From the NCBI GenBank assembly GCA_976551045.1, contig CDPCPM010000077.1:7254001-7318000 (forward strand): a stretch of 64,000 bases of DNA, written 5' to 3'. The DNA is from Glaucostegus cemiculus. Its lineage: Eukaryota. The stretch's first letter is position 1, and each line of letters starts with the position of its first letter. Made by a program: the position numbers and the translations under genes. Below are positions 49,511 through 62,058 of this stretch, one piece after another. Under the pieces are notes generated by a model that was not told where the DNA came from, searched no databases, and was given only the letters and a program-made list of their open reading frames with translations.

Positions 49511-51134
49511 TCCCAGTAAACCCAATCTCTAATCTTCCTGACCCTCCAGCGGCACCTCTGAGGCTCTTAACCCTCAGACACTTTTCTGATCTCCATCTCA
49601 GATCATGGTCCTCCTAGACAATTCCCTCTCCCTGCTCCCACCCACAAATCAACCACAGACCCCGACTGGTGTGGACCACTTCCCTGCAAACCCCATCGAA
49701 TCCCAGGTCCTGGGTGACACATTTTAGTTCTGGAAAATGTGCACATTGGAATTTGTTCTTAAAAATAACATTACACGTGCAAAGGAAGACAGAAGCATAT
49801 ATGATTCTGGACGTTGCTTGGAATTGTGGAATACAAAAGCAAGGAGGGGGAATCTTTACAAGGTGAAGATTTGGGTGCAGTGTTCTTGAAGGACATTCGA
49901 GGCACAGTAAAGCTGCCAACTGTAGATTTTCCAGATGATGTCAAGGAGGGGAAGCTATAGTTTCTAACAGAGACTTGAGTCGTAGAGCGACAACCTCTTT
50001 GCCAGCCGAGAGTTAGTTGGAAGGTGTGCAACAATCAAGTATTGGAAATTTGTTAAAAAAAGGCAAATAGTGAAATATTATTTATGTCAGTCAGTCACTA
50101 AATTAAAAACAAGGAGGCATAAATTTGAGGTTGGAACTATAAATTACTGAAGGGGGTGGCTGGAGAGTTTTGTTTCCACATAAAAGCCTGTCAGAATGTG
50201 AATGAGTCAGCACTTGTGGCTACTGAAGCCAAGCCAATCGCAGCATGCAAGGCGACATTCAATAAACACTTGAAGGAAAATATTAAAGGATATGAAGAAA
50301 GTGAAGGGAAGTGGGATTAGAGTAGAACAGCTCTGATGAAGAGACATCAAGCAAAACCAAATGACTTCCTCTATGTCAAATTTATTTGTAATAAATAATG
50401 CTTCTCATAATTGGCACTTTATTGACAGCATGAGTTGCCTTGATGAACTTTCCTTCCTGATGCTAACATTAACATGCCATTAAATAACCACAACAAAGTT
50501 CATATTTAACTGGAGCTTCACATCTTAGAAGGTGTGAAAGGTCGGTGGAGTGTGGGCTTTGAGGATGAAGAGTTTGTTTCTGTGTTTATGACTCTATAGG
50601 AACAAGCTTGCATGAATGATTAGCATCACAGTGGGCAGCTAGCTTGTCTCTAGGTCAGGAGGTCCTGGATTCAAGCCCTGCTCCAGAGACCTGAGCAGCA
50701 AAACCTTAAACTAACACTCAAGTACAGTCCTAATCCTACTCCATTTTTTTTGTGCTGAATGGACAGATTGTAAAAAAAAACTTGGCAATACTTTGAAACA
50801 ACATTATTGCCAAATACTTATTCCAATAACTCATCTAGATGAGCAAATGAATTTCCAACAACTAGATGAGCAAATGAATTGCCAAAGCATAGAAGGCTAC
50901 TGATCAAGTGCTGGTGAATGGGATTAGTGTAGATGGTCAGCAGGGATATAGTGGGCTGTTGGTTCCGTTTCTGTGCTGTATTACTCTATGAATTGCAAAG
51001 ACAGGTTGTTAGTGTGTTCTGCACGAGTCTGTTAATTCACCAGGACCCACATTTCAATTGAACTGAAATACACTCTTCACCAAAATTATTGGCTATAAGT
51101 ATATGAGGTCGTTCTGAAAGTGATGCCAGAAGTG

Positions 51135-51310
51135 TGCCTCACCCTGCCAGCTCTTGCTCTACCCCCTTCCTCCACCTTTGTATACTGGCTGTCTCCCCTC
51201 TTCCTTTCCAGTCCTAATGAAGGATCTCAACCTGAAATGTCGACTGACCATTTCCCTCCATAGATGTGGCCTGACCCGCTGAGTTCCTCCAGCTCTTTGT
51301 GTATTGCTTT
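51135..51310 (+). mobile_element. Penelope-like terminal repeat fragment with degenerate hammerhead motif (51209-51246)
   Basis: cagtc-CTAATGA-aggatctcaacct-GAAA-tg-tc-gactg followed by atagatgtggcctgacccgctgagttcctccagc. Confidence 0.65.
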
Positions 51311-52169
51311 GCGACATTAAAGTGAGCCTTCTTTCTTCTTTATTGTCCTGTTGCCAAATAACTTATTTCTGTTCCGCACACTCTAAATAGCGTGAATGCG
51401 ATGTATCTGGAAGTATTCAGTGCTGCCATTAAGTTCCTTAAGTGGAAAGTGTGCTATTCTTCACCAGGTGCAGAAAATCCAAGCCAATATATGCTTCAAA
51501 GCCTTGCTAATAATTGCAACAAGTGCACATTTCTTCCACTGGTTTGTATTTTTCCCAACTAGTTCTTCAGAAGTTTTCCCCATTCCAGTGGCATGATGCA
51601 ATTGTGGGTGAATGAACAACGTGGCCATGTAACTACTCTGTTAAGTGACCCAGACCACAAAGTGCTGGATTGAACAGCTTTAGAAGATGAAATGCGTTGC
51701 CTTGTGTGCCTCTGAGCATAGAAGGGTAAAAGAAGTACACATTAGTGCTAAAGTGTCCATGGAACAGTACCAGACAGACGTTCCTGTTATGTAGTGAGAC
51801 GCTGCGTGTTCAAAGAGTGCAGTTAATGACACATTAAACTAAATGATCAAAAATGTTAAGAATGTGCTTTGTGAAATAAACCCATGAGTTAACTAATTGT
51901 TTCAGTTTTCTAAAAATCTCCTTTATTAATTTCATACATTATGTTAAGAGACAATTAACAATGAAAAGATAAGTTTTGAGAGGTTCTGCGGGGATAATGA
52001 ACATTATTGAGTTATACTGTGCAGAGCATATACTGGTCAGCAGGGCCATGGGGAAAGCAGAGAAAATGTTCCATCAATTATATAATAACTGGTTTATGTA
52101 CTTCCGAGGAGGATAAGGTATACTGTATTCAGCAACTAGGTTTTGTCTCATTTTTTAAATTTTATTAGA

Positions 52170-52815
52170 AGATAGGAGGAGATCATTCAGCCCATCGAGT
52201 CCATGCCACCCCTCAAAGCACTCCCATCAGCGTCATGACCCCACTTGGTTTCCCTGTAACCTATTTGCCCATCGACACCACCCTGATTCTCCTCACACCC
52301 ACCCACAATAGGAGCGATTGACAGTGCCCAATTAGCCTACCAATACCTCTTTGGGATGTGGGAGGAAATCAGGACAGCCCAGAGAAATCCACGCAGTCTC
52401 AAACTCCACACAGACAGCAACTGAGGTCAGGATTGATCCTGTGTCGCTGGAGCTGTAAAGCGGGAGCACCAAGTGCTGCGCCATTGTGCCACCCTGGTTT
52501 GTGATAGCTGCAACCTCTGCAGTGTAGTATCCGCATGGTTCCAGTTGCCTGGGTTCAATTTTATCTTCAGGTCCCATCTGTGTGAAGTTTGCGTTGGGTG
52601 CGGTCTCCTCCCCCATTCCAAAGGCATGCTGGTTGGCTAAGTGGCTCCTGTACATTACCCTTTAGTGTAGAGTAGCGGCAAAAGAACTAAAGGTGAGTCA
52701 ATGAGCATGTGAGAGTAGCAGGGATATAAACAGAGGAGGAACAACGCTGATGGGATTATTCCGCTGGGAGCTGGCAAGGACTTGATGGGCAAAAATGGTC
52801 CCCTCCTGTGTCATA
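52170..52815. mobile_element. Head-to-head pair of older V-domain SINEs (52170-52492 minus; 52510-52815 plus)
   Basis: V-domain (gggatgtgggaggaaa) and tRNA-like heads in opposite orientations; a similar old copy lies at 37253-37530 (-). Confidence 0.6.
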
Positions 52816-55800
52816 ATAAATAAACAAGCTCTTACAGATTAGAAAGCAAGTGCAGAGAATTTTTGGAGTAATTTAGTCAGTATTACACCATCCATGCATG
52901 CATCCATTAATACAGAACCACAGAACAATACAGCACAATACAGGCCCTTCAGCCCACCATGCTGTGCCGACCTTTAAACCACGCCTAAGACTATCTAACC
53001 CCTTTCTCCCACATATCCCTCTATTTTAAATTCCTCTTCCTAAATAAATTATAAGTTGTTTAAAACAGTTGAGGTGCTTCTTTGGTTAAAAAAAACCCTC
53101 ATAACCCTAGCTTTATTTTGGTCTACAAGAGCGAATCGGATGCATGTTATTCCATGACCTGGCAAACTCTCTCGCAGGCCAGACCAAGCAGGAACTGCTG
53201 AATTCCCTTCTTGATCCGCTCTGAATGGACTAAGCTCGCCTTGGCTCAGTGCCCTTGACCATGGGTCAGTTGAGGGAGGTGAAGTAATTAGCAGTCCTGC
53301 TCCTTGCTCTCCAGTGACCCTCTGCTACATGTGAAGCCAGTACGACTCAGTGACCTCAGCCCCAGCGTACAGCACCACTGCTATTTTTTAAACAAAATCA
53401 AAACATCTTACTTTTACAGTGGCTTTCATGTTGTGAAATGTTTTGCAGCTAGCTGACAAAAGCCTTACATTAACCTTACAGCACAGAAACTTAAACAGTC
53501 TAAGCCAATGTTTACACTCCACATGAGCTGACTCGATCTCACCCTATTACTATATCTTTCATTTCTTTTCTCAATCATCTGTTTATCTAACTTCCCCTTA
53601 AGTACATCCATGCTATTTGTCTGAACTGCTCCTTCCAAACTCTTACTGACTGGGAGGAGGTTAGGTGAAGTCCCTCGAGCTTGGAAGACTGAAAAGTGAG
53701 TGTTGGGAAGGAGAATTGGAGAAGATGGCGGGAAAGCGGTGGAAGGCGGCTTGAATTGACCCCCTTATGTTGTTGAAACTGGTGGTTATCACTCTCGCGT
53801 TCAAGAAAGAGGCACATTATCAACGAAAGTGATCACCTGGGGAGATGGGATATTTTCGAGTTTGGTAGGGAAAGGGGGGGGGGTGCAATGAAATGCTGTG
53901 CTTTGGCACTTTATTGGATGCTCGTGGTTTGAAGTGCATTTTTTATTGTACATACCGAAAGCATTGACATTTATAATACTTCCAGATGTGGACAAACACG
54001 CTGTCCAGATAAAACACGCTGAGAGTTTTTGCCTGGTGATTTGCGATGCAAGCATGTCACGGTGAGGCCAATGAGTTGGTGGAGTGGCTGTTGAGTCTCA
54101 GTGCCAGGTCCCTGTCCTGCTCCCAGATTAGTTGAAAGCATAATAGTTATGTTTGTGAATTAGCAGCCAGAAGCCTGGACCATTGAGTGGGAGGAACGAG
54201 TTTGAATCCCACCATGGTAGCTGGAGAACTTTAAATTTAAATTCAAATCCAAGTAAATTAAAAGTTATTGCGGAAAATAAAAGTTCACAGTGTACAAGGT
54301 AAAATATCTGAAGGCTGCCTGGCTAACAGGAAACAAGGGGGTAGGCTGAAATGAGCCTTTTTCTGATTGGCAAGATCTAAGGAGGGGTGTGTCACAGGAA
54401 TCTCTGCTGGGGCAACTTCTTACCATTTATATAAGTGACTTGGATGAAGGGAAACAAGACGAGTTTTTTTCTCTTTCTTTGGAACTCTCTTCCTTAATAG
54501 GTGTAAGGGGGGAATGTGGAGTTGAGGTTAGAATTAGATTAATCAGGGTCGTATTGAACGGCAGACTAGGCTCGAGGGGCTGAGTGGCCTATTCCTGCTC
54601 GTAATCTGTATGTTTGGATGCACATTCATAAACAAATCTGGAATGAAGAGCTAGCATCAGTACTGGATTTTTGATAGCCCAATTTTATGAACCCAGCCTA
54701 CTCTGTGGGAAGATAACTCACTGATCCAACTCCAGATCAAATAACAAGAGTTCAAATCCCACAATCAAAATGAATCACAAACACATCTGTAACAATTGAT
54801 ACTTTGGATTGTTTAAGAATCCATCTGGTTTAACAATGTCCTTTGGGATAGAAGATCTGCCACCTTTACCTGGTCTGGGCTGGATGTGACTACTAACCCA
54901 CAGCAACTTGGCTAATTCTTAACTGCCATCTGGTCTTGCATGTCATTCAGTTCAAGGGCGAATAGGGGTACACCTAGTAGGCAATTCCCCCATCTGGGGA
55001 ATTAACTAAATGGAATCTGGAATATAATTGGCTGACCATTGATGGGCTTCTTGGGTAAAGATTGTTAAAGAAAACTCACAGCCCTCTAAGCAAAGAGATT
55101 TCTCCTTATCTCTGTCATAAAGAAATAGTTTACTTTAAAGAAATAGACTCTGAACTTCAACACCAAGAAGTTCTTTTGAGAATTTTATATGTTCCACTGA
55201 GATTATCATTCTTCAAACTAGTGACTCCCAATCATTTTGGACGCCTGTTCACAATGAACACACTCAAACAAACGAACCTACAAATTTGGAGCAGGAATAA
55301 GCCATTCAGCTCTCAGTCTTGATGGTCATTTAGGATGATCTGGTTGTAAGCACATTCCTGTCTATCCATGCACCCCTTACTTATCAGGAATCCATCCATC
55401 TTCATTTTAAAAAATTTTGATCACCCTTTGAGCAGTTTCGAAGACTCACCATCCCCAGGGAAAAAAACATCCTTGTCATTCTTGTTTTAAATGGGTGACC
55501 TCTTATTTTTAAACAGTGACCCTGGTTCTAGAGGAAGCATCCTCTATCCAAACCTTCCTCATCAGACAACTCCCCCATTCCAGGCATCAGTTGTGCAAAT
55601 CTTCTCCAAACTGCTTCCAATAATTGACATCCTTCCCAAAACAAGACTAATATTATGCACAATACTCAGATGTCATCTCCCCAATGCCCTATATATCTGA
55701 AGGATAACTTCCTTACTTTATATTCTTTTCCCATAACAATAATATTTTGCTAGTTTTCTTCTAATTATTTGTTCTACCTGCATACCAGCCTTCTGTGCAT

Positions 55801-57529
55801 TATGCACCAGGACACCCAGGTCTCTCTGTATGTCAGATTTCTGCAATCTCTCACTATTTATATACACCCAGTCCTTAATAACTGCAAGGGAAAGGAATAC
55901 ATTTCCTGTGGACTACAAGAAGCACAGATACCATTATATCCTCCTCTTTGTAACCAATAGACCCCCAAACTAAACACAGATATTTCCCAGAATGTTCCAA
56001 AACATTGATGCATATAAATAAACACATTAATACCCAAAACATAATTATATTAATTAAGAAAACACTTCCAGTAAATGTTTGAAACTTACAAGCAGTGGTC
56101 AGTTTTGAAATCATATTCAATCAATGGAGAGCCACTTGACTCAATTGGTCTGGAAGCAGATTAATGTATGCAATACAGACAATGATTAGTTCTTCGAGAT
56201 GTACGCGTATTTAGATATATTTGTATAAAAAAAATCAAGGTGGGTGTCTGTCATTGTGAGTGTGTGGATCCACAGACTGCAAATCACCAGGGAAATAAGC
56301 ACCAAGAATACTGTGCTCACTTATTACTTTTCCCGCTAGAATCGGTAATTTCAAATTTTCCCACATTGTTCTCCACTTACCATTCACAAACTATCTATAT
56401 CTTTTTGTATCCTCCTTATACCCATCTCACAACTTTCTTTCCTGCCTATCTTTGCACCATCAGCAAGATTAGCAACCACACCTTTGGTGATTTTACCCAA
56501 GTCGTTTATGTAAATAGTAAACATCAGATGATGTCACCAGAGGCTCCTTTTGAGGAGGTGGGGCTGTCTTGGGACTTGCTGAATGCATGGCTTTACTTTC
56601 ACTGTGAACTTTCTAATTATGTCAATATTATTTAAGCCTCCTGGACCCTCTCCTTTGATCCTCAATAACATCCCCCATCCCCAACTGCTGTCTTTAGCCT
56701 TAGAGAATATGAGCCCATTCTACTGACCCTCTCATCCCAGAGGTCTACCTTATTATCTGTAGGGATAGCACAGTCCCCCTTTTTAATTGACTTCACCAAG
56801 TTTGTTCTATAAAGGAGCTACTGTTAAGGCAAGAAGACACAAATCTACCTTGCATGCCCATAGGGAATGCTCTTTTTTGACCAGCAGAGGCCAAATGACA
56901 ACATTTTCTGATTCTCCACTTCAAAAAATGTTAACCTTAACCTCTAACGAAGTTTAACTTTTTAGTTTTTATAAACAGCTTGTGGAGTTAATGCACTGTC
57001 AACAGTTACAGAGAGAAGGCAGGAGAATGAGGCTGAGAGGGAAAAATAAATCAACCGTGATTGAATGATGGAACAGACTTGATGGGCCAAATGGTCTAAT
57101 TCTGCTCCTGTGTCTTGTGGTCTTATGTGGTTGAGAAGGCAAAAAGACTGTAATTATATTACAACTTTCACAGGCTCAGTTCGTCCCAAAGGACAATACA
57201 GAAAATAGGAGGCCATTCGACCCTTTGAACCTGGTCTATCATTCAATACAGTCAGGATGGAACCGCTTCAACCATTTGGTTCTTGAACCAACTGGCACAT
57301 CCCTAATCACTACAGTTTAGCAAAACTGTGACCACTTTGCACTAAAATGAACTTCACTTTTCTTTTGTTCTAAATGTGCCCTTTCTTTTAAAAATTGTGT
57401 TTAATATATGTTTTTCTTGAGAATGCTGCTTATCTGATGCTCTGTGCCTGTGATGCTGCTGCAAGTAAGTTTTTCATTGCACCTGTGCACACGTGTACTT
57501 GTGCAGATGACAATAAACTTGACTGACTT

Positions 57530-58570
57530 TGATCCTAACAGCATATGTCTGTTCTCTCACCCTACTCCTCGATGCCTCTTGTGTCCAGAAGTTTATCCAT
57601 CTCTTTCCTGAATACATACAGTTATTTGGTGGCTGCAGCCCTCAGTGGTAGTGAACAGGTTCACTACTCTCTTTGAGAAGGAATTTCTCCTCTTCTCAGT
57701 CCTAAATCGCTTGCCGTGTAACCCGAGAGAGTGTAACCCTCCTGCCGTGTAGTCCCTCACACCAGGCACCACAGCCAGCGAAACATCCTCCCCACATCCA
57801 GTTCGTCTCATCCTGTAGGATTTTGTAAGTTTCTATCACCATCAGTAGAAGACTAGAACCATTGAAAATATATGATCTGAAAGACCATTCAGCCCATTGT
57901 ATTTGTGCTGGTCAAAAATATGGTTACCTAGGCTAATCTGTCCCCATAGCACCAGGACCATGTGCTATCCTGTACACTGCTTAAATGTGGGGAGGGTTTC
58001 TGTCTCCACCACCCTTTTTCAGGCACTTCGTACCCTTGGAGGTGAAAACACTTACACTCAACTCCCCGTAAATTCTTTCAAGAATTACTTTAAATCCTCC
58101 GGTTTTTGATTCTTCTGCTACAGGAAGCAAGTCCTTCCAATTTACCCCGCGCGAGCCTCCGGGTGAACTCTCCCCTCAGCCTCCTCTGATCCAAAGAAAA
58201 CAGCCCGAGCTCATCCAGTCTTCTCTCATTGGTACAACATTCCAGTCCTGGTAACATCGTCGTAAATCTTCTTTGCGACCTCTCCAGTGCAATCAAGTCT
58301 TTCCCGTAAAGCCGTGATGAGAAGTTTATGCAGTCTTCGTTTTGTGGTCTAACTGGTGTGGCATACAGTCCGTGCTTAACCTCCCTGCCCGTATATTCTA
58401 TGTTGAGGCCAAGGACGTACAACACCCTGTGTGCCTTCTTAACCAACACTGACCCGTCCTGCTACCTTTAAGGATCATTGGACACACACTCCAAGTTCCC
58501 TCTGTTCTTTCACAACTCCCGATATTGTCCCACTTATTGTCTATTCCCTTGCTTTGTTGCACCTTCCAAA
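57530..58570 (-). mobile_element. CR1-like LINE fragments
   Basis: KDLIALERSQRRFTTMLPGLE...RLDELGLFSLDQRRLRG and KRFRTEKRRNSFSKRVVNL. Confidence 0.82.
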
Positions 58571-59174
58571 TGGTAAAGTAATTTACCATTCTAGTTACCA
58601 AAGGCCTCTCATTAGTATTCTATTGCATATTCTATATATAGAATATTCTAAATGCACTCTATTTATAATTTTTTTTGCCAGATCATCTACATCTTCCTCC
58701 ACTCTAAAACTTTCCTGTCTACTACATGGCCAAACTTTGTTATTACCTGCAGACCTCTTTATCCTGTAACTCATTAACATACACAATAAAAGGAAAGGAA
58801 CCAGGTGGTGAGCCTCATAGTATCTTTCCCAACTCAATAAACGTTCCCCTCTGCTGCCTGCCACGGTGCCAAATTCTGTTCAAATCCATTTGCAGTCCTT
58901 CAATCCTCTGGCGCAGTCCTGTCTCCAGGGATGATTGAAAGATCGACATCTCTGTGACTCCAGATGATGATCACAACCTCTCTGAGTTCTCCCTTGATTC
59001 TTTCAACAGCTGGGATGTTGTTATCTGGGCCTGGTGAATTATCCATTCTCAGAGATGCTGAACATCTTAATACTTCCTCTCTTCTCACATTTATCCCTTT
59101 CAGTATTTCACACTCGCCATCCAGAACTATAAGATCAGCATTACCCCCTTTTGTGAAGACAGGTGCTGAGTACT

Positions 59175-59530
59175 TTTGAGGAATCTTACAACTGCTCTGG
59201 ATGAACATCTCCTGCAACTGGATGAAGTAGTGTTCGAAGATCTTCATCAAATTGTGCTTGAAGCTCATGGTCTACTGGGCAGCAGTGAATACCACTTTCC
59301 TGAGTCATGGAACACCTACAACAGGCACTTCAAAAAACTGCAGAGGTACTACCAATGCTGCCTCTGCAAAATATTCCCAAACCAATGGCAGATAAGCAAA
59401 CTAATGCCGGAGTTCTCTCCCTGGCCAATATCCTCAGCTCGAGACCCTAATTACAATCAGTTCTGGTGCGCATAGCTGACACATGACTCTCGAAACAGGC
59501 AGTCTATTCCTAGCAGCAAAACTGAGACAC
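59175..59530 (+). mobile_element. RTE-clade LINE fragment
   Basis: ESWNTYNRHFKKLQRYYQCCLCKI resembles the RTE/BovB C-terminal motif. Another RTE-like remnant lies at ~28235-28660 (-). Confidence 0.6.
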
Positions 59531-60047
59531 AGGAGACTGCAGGTGCTGGAAATCTGGAGCAACGCACAAAAAGCTAGAGGAACTCAGCAGGTTAGGCAGC
59601 ATCTATGGAGGGAAATGGACAGTCAGCATTTCGAGTCTACTCTGAGCTCCATCTGCAAGGAATTACCAAACAGGCAGAGAAAATGAGTCAAGGTTGTTTC
59701 CAATGTCACCTTAATAAGGTGCAACATCTGAACTTTGGGAATCTTTGGCAACTGCTCTGTCCAAGAACACAAGAAATTGCAGAGGGCTGTGATTGCAGTC
59801 CGGTCCATCACGCAAACCAGCCTCCCTTCCATTGACTCTACCTACACCTCCCACTGGCTTGGGAAAGCAACCAACATAATCAGGAAACCCTCCCACCCCA
59901 GTCATTATCTCTTCTCCCCCCCTCGCATTGTGCAGAAGATACAGAAGCTTGAAACACGTCCCACTATTATCAAACTCTTGAATGGACCTCTTATGTGAGA
60001 AAGATGAACCCTTGATATCCCAATCTACCTCGTATGGCCCTTGCACA

Positions 60048-60883
60048 TGTTATGAAACCAGCAACAAAAGAAACACACCAAGTCATACTTCAGTGTTATA
60101 ACTACTTTATTAATAACTACCGATAATACGTAAAATAAGAATAAAAAGTTATTGTATTAGTACAAAACAAAATATTAGAATCTTAAACTGTAACCCCAAA
60201 AACTACTCGTCGTGTGTGTGTGGCGAATTCCAAAACTCCAAGTCCAGGAATTAGTTCTTAAAGTTCAGTTCAGTAAGAAGAAACACGAGTAGAGGCTTCT
60301 TCACAAGCACTGTTCACCGAAGACAAAACATGGATAATAGAGAGAGCTTAGAGAGGAATCACAAAATCTGAATGTTCCACTCAGAATTCAAACGACACTT
60401 CAGGGCTTACTCGGTTCTGACTTTCTCACCCCGAAAACTCCTGGATCGTGACCGTCCATGCAAATACCTGTGTTCTTCTACAGGTTAGCAGCAAAGCGAA
60501 TTCCATCACTTTGTTCCACAATATCTGCCACTCCGAAGAGCATTCAAAATGTGGTCATCCACGCAAACACCTGTGTCCTTCTACATGCTACTGACAAAGT
60601 GGACTCCACTGGACTACTTCAGAAGTCCATCCGTGGATTGCAGTGACAAACACAGTTACTGTCCTTCATCCATCGACAGAAACAAAGCGGGCTGCCGTGT
60701 CTCCCTTCCGTCTCTCTCCGTCTGTTTGTCTCTCTCTCCCTCCCTCCCTCTCTTTTTCCTCTTAATGACCTCATCACGTTCATCTTATCTTCTGTTGACG
60801 TAATACGTTCTTATAGGCACACACACACACAAAAAACGTCTGTCTTAAAGGGACATTTGCCGGTAGTAAGCTACTTCGTAACA
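60048..60883 (-). mobile_element. Solo LTR, family B, copy 2 (836 bp); 4-bp TSD CACA
   Basis: caca|TGTTATG...CGTAACA|caca; collinear with 21958-22785. A 4-bp TSD fits ERV1-like or some gypsy integrases. Confidence 0.9.
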
Positions 60884-60994
60884 CACATTATTTGTCTCTC
60901 TGCACTGTACTTTCTCTGTAACTGTAACACTATATTCTGCATTCTGGCTTTTTTTCCTTTTGTACTACCTCAATATACTTATGTATGGGGTGAC

Positions 60995-62058
60995 AGAACA
61001 TAGAACAGTACAGCACAGTCCGGGGCCATGATGTTGTGCCTAACTATATGAACACCTACTCCATGATCAATCTAACCCTTCTCTCCTGCACAGCCCATAA
61101 CCCTCCATTTTTTTTTACATCCATGTGTCTATCTAAAAGTCTTTTAAGTGTCCCTATTGTATTGCCGCTACCACCACCCCTGGCGGTGCGTTCCAGTCAC
61201 CCACCACTCTCTGTGTAAAGAACCTACCTCTGACATCTCCCCTGAATGTTCCTCCTCTGACCTTAAATGGATGTCCTCTGGTATTGGCTATTGCCACCCT
61301 GGTGAAAAGGTACTGGCTGTCCACTCTATTTATGTGCCTCATAATCTAATACACCTCTATCAAGTTGTCTCTCATCCTGTGTCGTTCCAAAGAGAAAAGC
61401 CCTAGCTCACTCACCCTTTCCTCATAAGACAAGTCCTTTAATCCAGGCAGCATCCTGGTAAATCTCCTCTGCACCATCTCTAAAGCTTCCTTATCCTTCC
61501 TGTAATGAGGTAACCAGAAACGAACACAATACTCTAAGTGTGTTCTTAACCAGAGTTTTATGGAGGTGCAACGTTACCTCGCAGCTCTTGAACTCAATCC
61601 TCTGACTAACAAAGGCCAGCATGTCATACGCCTTCTTAACCACCCTATAAAATTGCACTGCAACTTTGAGGGATCTAAGGATTTGGACCCCAAGATCCCT
61701 CTGTTCACACTGCTCAGAATCCTGCCATTAACCTTGTACTCTGCCCTCAGGTTCGTTTTTCCAAAGTGCATCACTTCACACTTCTCTGGACTGAACTCCA
61801 TCTGCCACTTCTCCGCCCAGTTTTGCATTGATATCCTGTTGTAACCTACGACAACCTTCTACACTATCTGCAACCCCTCCAACCTTCGTGTCATCTGCAA
61901 ACTTACTAACCCAACCCCCCCATTTCCTCATCCAAGTCTTTATAAAATTCACAAAGAGCAGGGGTCCCAGAAGAGATCCCTGTGGAACACCACTGGTCAC
62001 TGACCTCCAGGCAGAATATTCTTCATCTATTACCACCCTCTGCCTTCTGTGGACAAGC
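60995..62058 (-). mobile_element. CR1-like LINE, 5'-truncated, with RT core remnant
   Basis: RRQRVVIDEEYSAWRSVTSGVPQGSLLGPLLF...SKFADDTKVGG and QNWAEKWQMEFSPEKCEVMHFG; frameshifted; tail agaacatagaac. Confidence 0.92.

Noticed and set aside
50834-50885. Short tandem duplication of ctagatgagcaaatgaatt
   Set aside because: Ordinary local duplication at the junction of a CR1 3' fragment.
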